Assembly: GCA_964035545.1 (NCBI GenBank) | Contig: OZ037768.1 | Span: forward strand, 13,153,675 to 13,217,674 | DNA from: Bugula neritina | Taxonomy: Eukaryota; Animalia; Bryozoa | Length of the DNA stretch: 64,000 bases | Direction: 5' to 3' | Shown: positions 12,713-41,401 of the stretch, in pieces | How positions within the stretch are numbered: the stretch's first letter is position 1 | Layout of the letters: every line of letters begins with the position of its first letter | The notes under the pieces: model-generated | Told to the model about the DNA's origin: nothing | Database searches by the model: none | Seen by the model: the letters and a program-made list of their open reading frames with translations, nothing else | Program-made: the position numbers and the translations under genes

Positions 12713-14738
12713 AAATTTGTTATTGAATCGAGTATGTGTTCGCCTAACTTAAAGTATCAAAAATTTAAACTTCACACAGAATTTGAAGAACATGAACCAT
12801 CAGGTATATAGACTTATTTTCTTCTAATTTTTATTATTCACAAGTTAATATAATATCATATGAACACTAGATCAACTTATGTTTATGTTTTTCTCTTATC
12901 TCTGATTATATATTCCTCTTCATTAATAAAGCTCTTAAATAATTATTTCACGTCAGCATGTATACAACATTTACTAACAATAAGCAAGGGATTTCTAAAA
13001 CAGCTTTTCAAGCCAACTTTGTTGCGAAAAATGTTGGAGGCATCTACAGCTGATGTCTTTAATATTTTGTTGCTGGCTAGGTCATAATACAATATTAGCT
13101 GTGGTATATCTAAAAAAGATATCATAAACTGTTTAGATTATCTGTTAGTATGTACTAACCTGTTGCCTAAATGCCTGTAGGTTGCTGCATGTTACACTGT
13201 TCAGCTGTTTAAGTATGAAGCTATCAAAATCAGGAGTTTAAAAGAAATATAACTTGTGTTATTAATAATTAATAATTAATAATAACATAAATTTTGTCTT
13301 ATGAAGTCAAATTATCTCCCCCCCCCCTTCCTTTTTATTTAACTATAAACAGGTTACTGTAAACAGTGTTTTTGTATCTCTTCAGTAGTGTACTAGTAGC
13401 ACAATAGTTTTAATAGTATATTACTGGAAGTATTACAATAAAGTAGAGTCACTTTAAATAAATTATGTCACTAACAATTGGTACAATAAAGCTGCGTATT
13501 TCCTTCTAATGTTTGTAAAGAGAAAAATTTTAACTTAGTGAGATGACAAATTTTATGTAACTTTTTACACTTTTAACACCAACCTAGCTCCCATCTATTT
13601 ATGTTAAATTACTGTTCAAAGAAGTCTGCAGCTGTGAACAGTTATAAAACAGATATGGCATAGAAATGCGATTGCCTCATGCAAGTAGAAGTATGTAAGA
13701 GAGCACAACTATTGTGATGTAAAAGTACTGTAATCATGCAGACTATGATAGCTCTTACTCATAGTCATAAAATATTTAGTATGTGCAGAATATAACATAA
13801 ATAATTAAAAACTCTTATTGCTTGATATACCAATGTCTATAAAAAAATATATATAATAATAAAGCACTATTTAAAGCTGAATTTATGCTGAATTTCAGTA
13901 AGAAAATGGGTTGGTAGTTATGCAATACTTTGTGCTAACTACTAAATTCCAACTACTACCTAATATTAATGAATGCTGTATTAGTCAGTCTGTACAGCTA
14001 GTAGTTCTAATATTTCTCATTCTTTTAGTTATGTTATACTTTTTGAAACATGTGTTGCACCTATTTACTGTATATTTACTTCTGTATAATGCAATTACAG
14101 TAGAGCAGACTCAAGTTGTTTGTTTAAGCTTGAAGTGGATTATAAAAAGCGTGACATGGATAATGTTCTTTGTAAATGCGTATTTCTAGGGCTGTTAACA
14201 ACAAATTGTATAATATAGTTTAGGATCTGCCATAATTCATAAACAGTGGATGAAGTAGAAATGCTAGACGACAAGGCAACACAGCTGTAAGTATAGACAA
14301 AGTGTTTCTCTTAGAAATAGTTGGGCATTTCTGTTGAGCTTGTATCAACACAGTTATAATATTCTTTGCACCTGTGCATTTCTTTTGTAAGTATATAGTT
14401 TCAAGTTTGCGTTTTTAGTATCACAATTTATATTAATTGTAACTTTATGTACAATTTTTTGATACAAATTAAAATATTCGTTTGCCAGCTTTGTAATTTG
14501 AATGCAGTCTAGCATTTTCTAAACAATAATAATTAATTTGAGAGAGAAAGAAGATATTAGTTACACAATTTGTTTGCATTCTGTGAAATCTAATAGTCTT
14601 TAATGTATAAAGGTTGATATTAATCATGCATATATGACTTTTGCTATAACAGGTTTGTATTATTTAGCTTCGCCACAACACTGTGTATTATAGGACTCAG
14701 GTTTATAGCAGTTTTTGAACTTCTTCAGTGAAACTTTC
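12713..14738 (+). other. Probable 5' leader exons of the plus-strand gene
   Basis: Splice-site-bounded segments 12713-12803, 14224(or 14247)-14286 and 14653-14738 precede the acceptor at 15569. They contain uORFs. Confidence 0.4.
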
Positions 14739-15143
14739 GTAAGTGTTATTACATACGTTTGACATGTTGCTACTGCTATATTACAGTGTTCTGTCTTATA
14801 TTATTTAAATAGTTTTTGCTGTATTTTGGGTTGTTATATGATTATACACGAAAAACCTTATGTTATAATATACTCTCTTTTGTTATATTCTATATATATG
14901 CACATGCCTATGTTATATATTTATATATGCACTTGTATAATGTTATACATTATATCATATATGAATTATATTATTTATTATAATCACTTAGAGACATATT
15001 ATAAAAATTTAGAGATCAATTAGCAATATCTGTTTCATTCATATACTTGAAAATTCTAATCAGTCAAATACAATTATTTCATAATCATGGGAACTGCACA
15101 GCAGCATAATAACAGTTGTATAGTATGTTATAATATTATAAAA

Positions 15144-15273
<130 letters not shown>

Positions 15274-15577
15274 GCTACTACAGTTCTATTGCATTCATAT
15301 AATATACAACTGTATATTATTATATTGCTATTGTTCACAACAATATTATATGATAAATTTGCAAGATGCTCTTACAAGACTTGCTTCTTCTCACCAATAA
15401 TAGTCTTGCCTAATTGCCATCTCACTCCTGGATAAGATTGTACTATATTAGGTCATGGTTATAAAACTATAATCCAAGTCTAAATATTACTTTGTTTTGA
15501 TTTTCACCTATAGCTTTTGCAATGGATATACCTAATTAGTATTAATTCAGCATTTACATTATGTTGTAGGTGAAACT

Positions 15578-29789
<14,212 letters not shown>

Positions 29790-30460
29790 AGAGCTGGACA
29801 TACAGTTCTACATTTGATAGAATAACGCTATCCGATCAGACCTGGCAGTGTGCGCAGTAAATAAAAGCTAAGTTGGTTGGTGCTGCAATAGCTCATACCT
29901 CACTATCAGCATGTTATATTATTTCTCACACAAGTTTGCGTGTAGCTGATAATAATACCTTTTAATTATCATACATTTTATATCTTAAAACTATAAAGCG
30001 TTTTGTACAAACATGATTTTTTTTACTGTCAACACTAAATAGTGTAATACAAGTTTATAAGTTTAATTTTTCAATACATTATTTTATTACCAATTATAAT
30101 AAATATTCCCATTCAATAGTACAATATACACCGAAAAGTAATTATGTTGTAAACTATTAGGTTAAATTATAAAAAATTCCAATAGTATTAATTTAATTTT
30201 CACCGTAAAAATTTCTTCAATGCAAATTCTTCAATGCAACTTAAATGCATGCGGGTTGGTTTTTAAATTATTTGACTTTAACAAAATAAAAGTAAAAAAT
30301 ATCATAATATAAAAAAATACTAACACAATACATCGAATCACCATGCAATACAAGACAATAAATTACAATAAAATAAATTACAATAAAATGCAATACAGTG
30401 CAATAAATTACACTACGGAGCAATAGAACAATACACAATGTTGATATATTTTAAGTTTCA

Positions 30461-33400
30461 TTACACTGAATAAACTTCATCTTCATTGTCACTCCACACC
30501 GTATGACTTTCTAAGTTACTTCTGAAATAACAGCAAAATGTTAAGTATAACATATATAGAATAGTTTGGTAAAAGCCTCGAGTACTTGATGACTCAGGTA
30601 CCTAAAGTTTTGTGAGTCATGTTTTTATACTTTCACTAAATAGCTCGACTTAGCTTGATATTTTGGAAAGACTTGCTGTAAGTCTTTGATATTTCAGAAA
30701 GTCATTTATTTCATAGCTCTTACCTAAAGGTTCAGATAAATTTGTTAAACCATAATGATTAAATTGTGTTTTCATGTAAATTCTTAATTCCAATGCTGCT
30801 GCTATCAAGATATAACAGCTTTATGTAATGATGCATAATAAGTTAAAAATATCCATAAACTTATAAAATTATTCGCTCAACTTCTCAAACATTTCTATTA
30901 AATGCATGCAATATTTTAAATGGGTGGGCAATGGTACTCTGTCTTGTGCTGAGGAGACAAATCCTGAAACAGCTGCTGTACCCAGATTGAGGCATAATGT
31001 TCACTTCATGCTTATGTGCGAGTGTTGATCAAATATATTTAAGTCAATTTAAAACTTAACTCATAGCATGACTTGACTTGTTGTGACTTGAACTCAGCCC
31101 TGATACATAGCATGAAATACTACGCATATGATACCACAGTAACATATATATATTGTAGATGAAGAAAGTCAAAGTATGGTCTGTTGTAGTTGTATAGTTA
31201 CAATGTACTTTGATTTAATGCTGACAATACAAAATGCACTGTACTGTGTATAGCACAGGTGTGTCCAACATGTGAAATAAAAAAGCATGGAATTTACCTG
31301 TATGGACTGCTGGCAGGAGACTTGTGAACAACAAACTCAAAATATTTCTAAAACAGGAAATGAAATCATAATTTATTACTAGAATTGTGAGCAGAGATGC
31401 CAAAATAACAATTGATTAAGTTGCATGCAAATAGAAACTTCACCTTCTGATCAGTTGGTGCTTTATGTAAAATCTTCTTAGCCTCTCCCAGAGTTGTGTC
31501 TACTATCTTACATCCATTTACCATTAAAATCTCATCACCAATGCAGATTTCTCCTACATTATTGAAAATAACGTTTTTTACAACAAGAAAGACTGTTTTA
31601 TGGCTTGAAAAGAGAAAATGATATAAAGAAACAAAATTCATGCTTTTTTTTTCATCTATTAAACACTGAGAAGAATTAATACTAAATATAAAACTTATAA
31701 CCCTGTAAGTCACCACATAGCAACACTTCATTTACAATGGTTGCCTTAAACATTAAAAAGAAAGCATCCTGCTACCCGAGCAGGACAGAGCGTGAGGTGA
31801 GGATTGAATAAAAAGCACATAAATATCATAAAAAGTCTTACAGCCAGTTAGGTTATCCACTATTACTAGTGTTATTAGAACAGAGTTATTAAATTCAATA
31901 AAATTTTTTGTTTATTGGTAGAAGTTCAGCTAAAATACTATAGCAGATTATACTGGCATAAAAATTTAGGGTTATTTTGAAATGCTTAACTACATTGGAG
32001 TTGTCTGCTTATTATAGTTTGAGTATAATGTTATATTGTTGGAAATTCTGAAACATTGAAGTTATAGCTACTTGATAACTTTTTAGAGAGGCTCTGTAAT
32101 TAAAAACCAAAAATAGTAATGTTAATATTTATGAAAAAAAATTCATATTTTCACTGCACACAATAAAACGCTGGTTTAGGAATTTTTATGCATATTTGCA
32201 CCAATAATACGGTATTATAGTTAATTTTTAGTCATGCACTTGTATGCATATTTGTGCTAGTTAACTGCATTTCAGCTTGCTTTAGGTGCATGTGACCAAA
32301 AGGCTAGTTTTCTACCACAAACACACTAAAACACTGTTCTTCCAGTTTATACATGTTTAAGCCGGTTATTACAGTACTGTGCACGAGCCCGCCACTTGTT
32401 TAACATATTCAATGTACTATAATGTCATCTATAACAGCTAATCATAATGTTTAGATAATATTTCTCAACATTTACGTAATGTAAAAGTTCATAGTTATAT
32501 ATGGCATGTAGACCAATAGTAGAACTTCCAAAAGTTTTTAGAGAAAATCTCTCAATAAAAGACTCAGTTCCATGAAGTTGTGTAATCAGTATATAACAAT
32601 GCATGTACACAATAATTATGGTCAGCCTCTCAATCTATATATAATACTTACCACTTCTGAATACCAAACCACCTGGTTGCAGTTTGGAAACCACAATCCT
32701 TCCCTTAGTCACAGAGCCAATGCCTCCCTCAATCTCCATTCCTAGGTCTGTACTATCCTTAAGTTTGTCAAAGAAAACAAATATTAGATAATCAAACAAA
32801 CTATATTATAATATATAACATATTATAATATATAACAAATAATATATAACATATAATATATAGCAAATAATATTACACCCTTACCATACAACTTGAGCAT
32901 CCTACTTTGTTTGGTAAAATTCATAGTTTGTGTTTAAAAAAAAAACGATAAAAATTGTAGTATAATTTTATTACTATTCTAATAATGAGTTGTTTAAAAA
33001 TTCTAGTATTTACAAAACGAGTTTTTTAAAGAAACTAAATCATTAGATCAATTCAATATGTTTTACTATGTCATGAAAAATTGTTCATTATAAAAGAGCT
33101 TTTCCATGCTAACATAAATTGATTAAAAGTTTATATGTAATATATCACTGTATAGTATATTAGTGTATAGTATATTAGTGTATAGTATATTAGTGTATAG
33201 TATATTAGTGTATAGTATACTAGTGTATAGTATATTAGTGTATAGTATACTAGTGTATAGTATATTAGTGTACAGTATATTAGTGTATAGTATATTAGTG
33301 CATAGTATACTAGTGTACAGTATATTAGTGTATAGTATATTAGTATATAGTATATTCGTGTATAGTATATTAGTGTACAGTATATTAGTGTACAGCATAT

Positions 33401-36400
33401 TAGTGTACAGTATATTAGTGTATAGTATATTAGTGTATAGTATATTAGTGTATAGTATATTATTGTATGGTATATTAGTGTATAGTATATTAGTGTATAG
33501 TATATTAGTGTACAGTATATTAGTGTATAGTATATTAGTGTATAGTATATTAGTGTACAGTATATTAGTGTATAGTATACTAGTGTACAGTATATTAGTG
33601 TATAGTATATTAGTGTATAGTATATTAGTGTACAGTATACTAGTGTATAGTATACTAGTGTATAGTATATTAGTGTATAGTATACTAGTGTATAGTATAT
33701 TAGTGTATAGTATATTAGTGTACAGTATATTAGTGTATAGTATATTAGTGTATAGTATATTAGTGTATAGTATATTAGTGTACAGTATACTAGTGTATAG
33801 TATACTAGTGTATAGTATACTAGTGTATAGTATATTAGTGTATAGTATATTAGTGTATAGTATATTCGTGTATAGTATATATTTAGTCATGAAACTTCCC
33901 AGTTATCAATGCTCAGCAATTTGCAAAGGCTGAAAGTTTTTTAGTAATAAATTGGAAAAGCAAATTATTACTATAATAGTTTATCACAACTTGTATAACT
34001 TTTTCAGATAAAGTAGCAGATAAGTAGTTTATGCAAATAAATACTCACTTTTTGTATTTGAACCACAGAAAGTCGTTTTCCTTTAATCTGATTTTCTGAA
34101 AACTGCTAAATAAAAAGCATTATAATGACAAAACTACTCAAGCATACAATATTCAATTAAGATATTCCTCACGTTATGTACAAAAAATCTAACAATCTGA
34201 ATTTTTACCGTTTGTCTGAGTTTTGGCTAAGATTGTTGATATTATTCAGTGAGAACAAAAATTATTATACAAAAACATTTTATTACCACATCCCTTGTAC
34301 TTTAGCTGTCTATAAAATATATAAATACTAAATTAGGATATAACAAACAGCCCAGCTTGAAACATAAATATGAATGGAAAGAGAAATATAATAGCAGTTT
34401 TTGGCTGTGTAATTCACAAATCATGTATATGGATACAACAGCATCCGCATGCTTACTTTATGGGTTTTTTGGCTTTCTTTAGAAGTGCATTCAGCTGCTA
34501 GAAAAGGTTAAAGTTCTAAGGCTAAATAATGTCAAAGTTTTCTCATTCATCTCATATTGTATTGTTACCATTAGCTGGTGTACTATTAAAATGATGACGT
34601 AATATATTTGTACCCAGTGATACATAGAAATACTAACGCTGGTGCCCACACTGATCTCTATAATTATAGTCTGTAGAATATTGACTTACATGGAGCTGAG
34701 GTATTGGGGAAGAAGTTGCCTTACAGAAGCTATTAAAACAAAGCAAAGCTTATTAAATTAAGTTACTTACTGAACACTATTACTATAGTATTTACAATAA
34801 GGTGCAGCGTTATACAATTCAATAGAAAAGACATGCAAGAAGGTGTTAATATAAAGGCTTTCAGTCTAAATAGAGCTTTACAGGGAAACTGATTTATGCA
34901 GGTAGTTTATTAGAATAAATACAGAAAAAAAAGTTTTGAACAAATTAATACCAACCTGGGATACTCTGGCAGAACCTTTTTACCAACAAAACTTGGAATT
35001 CTTATGACAGCTGTTTCTTGCTTCTGAAACAGAACCAATTTTAGGAAAAAGCTACAAGAATAAACTGGACACGAAGAATCTAACACTAATACTAAAAGAA
35101 CTTAAAAGAACCATGATAGACCTGTTGATTAGGGACAGTTGGAAGTGACATTGCTATAGTGGAAGTGGTTATTGCTATAGATAATAAAAACAGATACAAT
35201 ATGATGCAGCTATAGAACAACATACACACATGGTAGTTTCTACATTTGATAAGACTGTTTTATTTTTTACTCAAAAGTGAGTAAAACGCCTTGTGGTTGT
35301 AAAGCTTAGTGATGATATTCCAACAAATGTTTGCGCAGAACCACAACAAGTGAGTTGTGGCAACAATAACAAATGAAACTGAGAATCTTAAATTTGTATT
35401 CTATTGTTGCTGAATGGAAATTATTATTGGACTCACTGTAACAAGTGCTTTTAAGCATTCTATTCCTGTGTTGGGCTAATATCCACCACAATGCCTACCA
35501 AAAAACCAAACTGTGATCGGCACTGTTATTGCTCTTCAATTTATTTGTTTTGCTCATATTCATAATGTTTACATTTTTGCCTGAGTATTTTCTCTCATCT
35601 GTTTTCAGTTAAGGAGTCTTACCTGACACTATGATCAGCACTACAGAGAAATTGCTGGCTCTATTAGAAAGAGGCCTTCGTGCAGTAGCTAAAAATCTTT
35701 GTAAATTTTACTTGTAACCAATCCAGTTATATTTTTGTTACATTCGAAATTTTGCTGACTTTTTTCTAGCTGGTCAGCTTACCAAAGGTCATTATCATCA
35801 AAAATTTTTAACATATTTATAGCAGTCTGTCAATACAATTACTCATTTTACTTCAGTCTTATCATACATTTCCAACCATCTGCTGCAACCTAGCATTTTT
35901 CCATTTCTAAGTTCTTCATATTTCACTTAACAGAGTTTCTCAAATTTTAGTCAGGGAATTCCTTGGTGATGCCTGCCTTCGTTCAGCTGTAAATATTAGA
36001 TCTGGTTAATGGTTAATGCAAACCGCAACCGGAAATCCATCTGTACAAGCATTCGTATGGATTCATTCAATGTTCTGGGAACACAGTGATTCATGATAAC
36101 TCGGATCAAAGTATAAACACTGTAAAAACTAGTAACCATGCTAATTGAAATATTTCACCATAGGCAACTGATTTGTAGCTAGATAGAGGGTCCTTTACAT
36201 ATGAGTCCATCCCAATTAAAATTAACCCTGTGGCTAAGTCCAGCACTATTGATGAGACAATGGTGTTGAGTCTGAATGCTGATCAATTGCCTCCTTAGGT
36301 CCCCGTTGCTAAATAGCAAATAGGTAAATCAATTTTGTTTAACATGCTTTATGTAATTGACATAGCTAATGATGAGTTAATGCTTATTTTTAGCTCAAAT

Positions 36401-39400
36401 ACCAGGAAGTCCTAATACCTGTCAGTCCTAATTGAACTGTTCAGGTGCCTAGCAAAGCAAAATACTGCTTGGTGTTAAGTTCTAAACAAGATAATGCTTT
36501 GAATTTTGCATATATTTTAATGCCAACAAAGCAGTAAGCCTTTAAATGGGTCCTTCCTAATGTAGTTCTCCAAGAGGGTCAACCTGTAGTATATGCGATG
36601 CAAGCCTCAAATAAAACTGAAAATAATTACCCTCAAAATGATGTAATGTACATGCAGAATTTGAACAATTTATTTCGCAAAAACGAAATTTTTAATAGTA
36701 TTTTATGAGAGTGTCCATGATCACTTCATTACTACTTTAATTAATAATTTACCGTACCAACAAGTCCACTTCAACTTACTACCTTGAAGATATCAGTTTG
36801 AGACTTTGCAGAGGCAGCTGGTGACAAGGCAGGACTAAGGGGTTTTAGAGAAGTGTCTTCAACTCTCAATAAGGGAGAAGTGGCTGAGGCTTTGCTGCTG
36901 CTGTGAGAATAAGAGTTGAAGAAATAAGCATTTATCTTTATTTAAATAACTAGAATATGAAACATATTATAAGAAATAAATATTTCACAGTGAAAATAAA
37001 AGAATCACATGCTTGTGATTCATAAAAATATTATGCCTTTAAAAGAGCAATTTTGCATGTGCCAATATATAAGTATTTGAGAAAAACTTTTTATTGCAAA
37101 TAAAATTGGTAGTTGTACTTTTATCAACAGTTCAGCTTTTTAAAAGTAATTGAACTTGATGAACCACAATTTTTCAAAGCATTGATAAAACTCTTTGTCA
37201 AAAATACTATTTTAATTTATAGCTGTGACTAATATTAAACAGTATTAAATGTAAATTTGAATTCAACTCCATATGGCCAATCTAAAAAACTCTACATTTT
37301 ATCTTGACCAAAGGGTGCTTGGTATTTTTACAAGCTTATTCTAGTTCAGTTTTATTATGCACAGGATTAAAAAGATAACTAGTAAAACGTACGTATATTT
37401 CTCCAATTGGGGGCATTTATTGTAGTTCTATGCTTGGGGTTATTCAATTAAAAAGCAGTAAAAAGAAACTTATTTCTTGCTTTGCTTCAATTACTTTTAT
37501 AAATTAAAATATTTTCCAACACATAATTACTAAACAATATACCAATTTAAATAAAAAATGACAAGTTTTGGTATAATCAAATCTAATATAAAAACTATTT
37601 ATTTCTATTTTTACCACTTCATAAACAAAAATTCAAGCTTTTGCAACACAGAACTTAAATATAATACAGGAGAATGTATGGAGGAACTTTTGCATCAATA
37701 GTCAACTAGGTTTAGCTATGAAAGGATAACTCCTATAAAAACGCATTATGGTTCAGTTTTTGTGTAAACAAGCCAAGAGAATACCAAAACAAATTATAAA
37801 TTAGGCATTGTGTATTTACACCCACATAAAGTATATTCATGTTTACTGAGCATGCCCAAACCCACTCAAGTTTTACATGCATAGCAAAATAATTTAAAAA
37901 ATCAACACCAGCTATATACCATAATTTCTTTTATATTAATACACGCATGCTTGCATGTTTTTGTTACTGTCATATTTACTCACATTGGAGATGTTAGATC
38001 TTTGTAATCTGTGACCATCACTCTCTCCTTTATATTACCAGTGTTCCTTTTGTCACAAGGGAGGTTGGTTGCAACATGTGAACACTTACATCTTGGGAAC
38101 CCTAAGATATTACTCTACAAAAGTTAATTAACCCCAATCTATTGTAAGCATGAACATTGTTCTGTGCTTCGTAAATAGTAAATGATTAAAAGCAGTAGCA
38201 ACTGATCAAATCTGATAAGTATTCGGACTTCTAGTTCATCACATGACTCGTATTAAAGTTTTTACTGTAAAATCTATAAACCTAAAGTTGGTATTTAAAG
38301 TTCTAAAAATAAAAGTAGTATTATATTGCAAAATATGTTGATAACAATGAATGTCGTCAACAAAAATGAAGAAACATAGAAATTTAAAAAAAATCGTATT
38401 ACAAATTATGGAAACAACAGCTAAAATACCTACCCTTGGCTTTCTTATCTTCAGTTGAGTCACTGGCTGAGTTTCCATAATATGCTTGGCCTACAAATAC
38501 AGTTAGAACTCTTGTGTGGTACAACAAAACATAAAATGTAATACAGTAATATAATTGTAATACAGTAATATAAGTGTAATACGGTAATATAATTGCATCA
38601 GATCAAATAGAGAGTGCGTACTTCAGAGCTAACAAGCTTTACCATTCCCTGACTTTACAAACCTCTGAAAAGCCGTATCTTCGAACTGGTATTTTATTAA
38701 CTTCTAATATTTCATCTCCGACTTTCACACCGCAGTCTGACAATGGTGAGTGTGGGTTGACAGAACGTATAAATACACCACTGTGCTCTACTATGCCTTC
38801 AGTTAGTCTGATAAATCAAAGGAAACAAAGTTTTAAAAACATAACATGCAGCTGTAAGATTTGTGAGTCATAGTAAGTGGCAACTAGTATGAATTAAGTA
38901 AAGGTAGCTTATACTTATATGTCTTTAGACTAATTTTATAAAGTTATTATGAAACTATGGATATAAATTTTTCATTAATGCTTTGAAGTTTTGTTCAAAT
39001 TGCAATTCAAACAATTATAGAATAATGAATATACATAGAAGAATAAATATATAGAAAAATTATAGAATTGCATTGCCTATTTTCTTAAAATCATAAACAG
39101 TCAAATCTGCCAAAAGAGCTTAAGATGTAATATTTCAATTATGCTGGTAAACTAGCTGTGCCATTTCCTATTGCTTCTGTTCTGTGTAAATTTGTTTTTG
39201 TATATAGCATTAAATTAATATTAGAGGCGTTGATGCTTTGATTATTTCAGAGTTTTGCCAAGTTGGACAACTTGACTCCTAATTCTTTGGTCACTTACTG
39301 ACACATTAGTTATAGGTAATCTGATTGGTCACTTACTGACACATTAGTTATAGATAATCTGATTGGTCACTTACTGATAATATCAGTTATAGATAATCTG

Positions 39401-41401
39401 ATAGGTCACTTACTGACAACCCAGAGGAGTGTTGATAGGCAACTTAGTCAATATAGTGACTACATTTGTACTCTCATGATCATACTGTGGGTGTGATTGA
39501 ACAGGTTCATCTTCCAGCTACATAGAATAACATATCTACACATTATTATAGTCAATAGAAGCAGTTTTAGGCAGCAAATTATGTCCTATTACACTTGGAG
39601 CTTGGAATCAGGCAGAATTCTAGCACCAGGACAAAGGGGTCTTTAGTATCATTTTTAAAACTTTATTTCAGAAGCCCCTTTGGTGATGACGTATATTAAA
39701 ACTACAAAAGTTTTGCCAAACAATGGCAGCAGATATTTTCTTCAACTTATAATATATTTTAGGCAGTTTTTATTTAAAATAATGCACTGATTACATGACA
39801 AAAGAACTTACACAATTTATCAAGTCATTAAATTGCTGCGACTGACTTCGCGTTTGAGGATGAGAGAAAGATGTGTCAAGGTGGAGCAGGGAAGAGGATA
39901 TGTCAGGGAGGGTTAGAGGGTTATTCACCTCAAGCCATACTACTTTGCCAGTAAATGAACTTCAACAGAAATACAAGATGATAGTGACAGATGTCGGCAG
40001 GTGATATTGTAACTAATTTTGCACAAGATCTTCACACCAAATGTTCTATAATATTGACAAGCATAAGTGCAATAACATATACTTATGTATACTTATAACT
40101 ATTATGTTATATATTTTCTAACTAAAGTAATTATAGAAATATGTATTTATGTTCAACTTTTTCAGATAAGTCTAGGGGTTAGAGTGTTTGCCTAGTATAC
40201 ATGAAGGTCATGGGTTCGAGCCCTGACAAAGGCCATTGGTGATGTTATAAAGAGCATCCAGTCATAATTGCTCCTGTGCCTCATTTAAATAAGTCCTTAG
40301 CCCTCTTTAACAAAAACCCTTTCTATCAGGGGTTTTTTCACAGGGATAGTGACTATAAACTTGCCTGAATTTTTCAGATAAGTTATAAATTCATTGATAT
40401 GTAGAAAAACATGATTAAATGAAACAGTCCAACTCCGAAAGCACGTGGTGCCTGCCTTTAGCAATATAAAGTTTGAAAATATATAATTAGCTCCCCCAAC
40501 CTGACAGCTAAGATAAAAAAACCCTAAGTAGCAAACAAGAAGCAATATAGCCTATAAACCCAGACATTGATAATACTTGAATTTACAGAACAGAGCAAAA
40601 CTTGCATTATATCCTCAGAAAGCGCCTCACAAATAAATTTATAACATAGCCACACATTGCAATGGACTACAGCACTGAGAAACTTAAAAGCCAAGTTCAT
40701 TCAACAGTTGTAAAAATTAATTTAGGTCTTAATTTAGCAACAGCTGTGAAATATGTCTAACATACCTCATGTTTCATGAATACAAACAGTTTTCACAATC
40801 ATGATGTGTGCTTTACTAGCAACATATTATACAGAGTACAGATATTGTACAAACAGATACTGATACTTACTCTATATAGAATGGCATTCTCCCCACGCGT
40901 TTAACTGCAAGTACCAACAGCCTACGGGAAAACATTAGACTGATGACTTCCCTCTGCAGTGCAGATCTGAGGCTATAGCCATTCACTCTATATATTCGAT
41001 CCCCTACAAGCAAGCCCTTCCGGTGAGCTTGCAGACCTGGTTCAACGGCTGAGACATAGACTCCGAAGCCAAACTCTAAACCTATTACAACAGAATTATG
41101 GTGCAAGTTTTGAATCAATTTTAAAAAACGGTTCTCAAAAGTTTACCAGAGGTTAGTGCCTAATTTCCATATATGTGACACAAAGTTCACCTAGTGCCCA
41201 GTTAGTCTCACTAATACAACACCCTTGCACTTGATTCAAAGGATTCCATATGATAAAACTACCATGTTTAGAGTTACCAATGAGTAACTGCGTATGGTAA
41301 TATTAAAATACGATACCTCCTCTGATGCTAAAGCCAAGTGGTCCTTTCTGAAATATGTCCAGGTAAACAGTCCGCATGTTGGGAGATTCAGAACGCTTCA
41401 T
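30461..41401 (-). CDS. USH1C: Harmonin (USH1C)-like three-PDZ scaffold protein
   Basis: PDZ1 (41401-41317, 41081-40871): GPLGFSIRGGLEFGFGVYVS...VNGYSL. Linker exon 39959-39929. PDZ2 (39517-39414, 38807-38663, 38490-38434): LGC..GVFIRSV..VGDEILEVN. S/P-rich middle exons (38114-37984, 36900-36783, several at 35.7-34.4 kb whose phases I could not fully resolve). PDZ3 (~34105-34049, 32757-32652, 31553-31444, 31347-31298): FSENQIKGK..LGMEIEGG..GDEILMVNG..TLGEA. Last exon 30521-30461 ends EDEVYSV*. Confidence 0.8.
30944..30990 (+). ncRNA. Degenerate hammerhead ribozyme copy
   Basis: ttgtgCTGA---GGAGACAAATCCTGAAACAGCTGCTGTAcccagattga aligns with the intact motif at 44379-44423 (minus). Confidence 0.65.
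33150..33880. repeat. 15-bp minisatellite (tatagtatattagtg)n
   Basis: About 48 units in a harmonin intron. Source of the YSILV/YTNIL pseudo-ORFs. Confidence 0.97.
35950..36690 (+). mobile_element. Highly decayed Ty3/gypsy pol (RT/RNase H) relic
   Basis: 36562-36640 translates VVLQEGQPVVYAMQASNKTENNYPQ, resembling the gypsy RNase H-like motif AVLLQEGxPVAYASRALxxTExNYxQ. Only faint RT-like traces upstream, so the left boundary is approximate. Confidence 0.5.
39288..39418. repeat. 38/39-bp tandem repeat spanning a splice donor
   Basis: ggtcacttactgacacattagttatagataatctgatt x~3.5, giving four GTAAGT sites on the minus strand. Confidence 0.9.
40172..40369 (+). mobile_element. tRNA-derived SINE, family A, 5'-truncated
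   Basis: Starts within the A box. Perfect 14-bp TSD tttttcagataagt at 40158-40171 and 40370-40383. Confidence 0.9.

Noticed and set aside
14729-14731. In-frame TGA as selenocysteine
   Set aside because: No redox motif context and no SECIS recognised after 29789; kept only as a uORF finding.
33123-33933. 255/256-aa YTNIL/YSILV repeat ORFs on both strands
   Set aside because: 15-bp intronic minisatellite; open only because the unit lacks stops in those frames.
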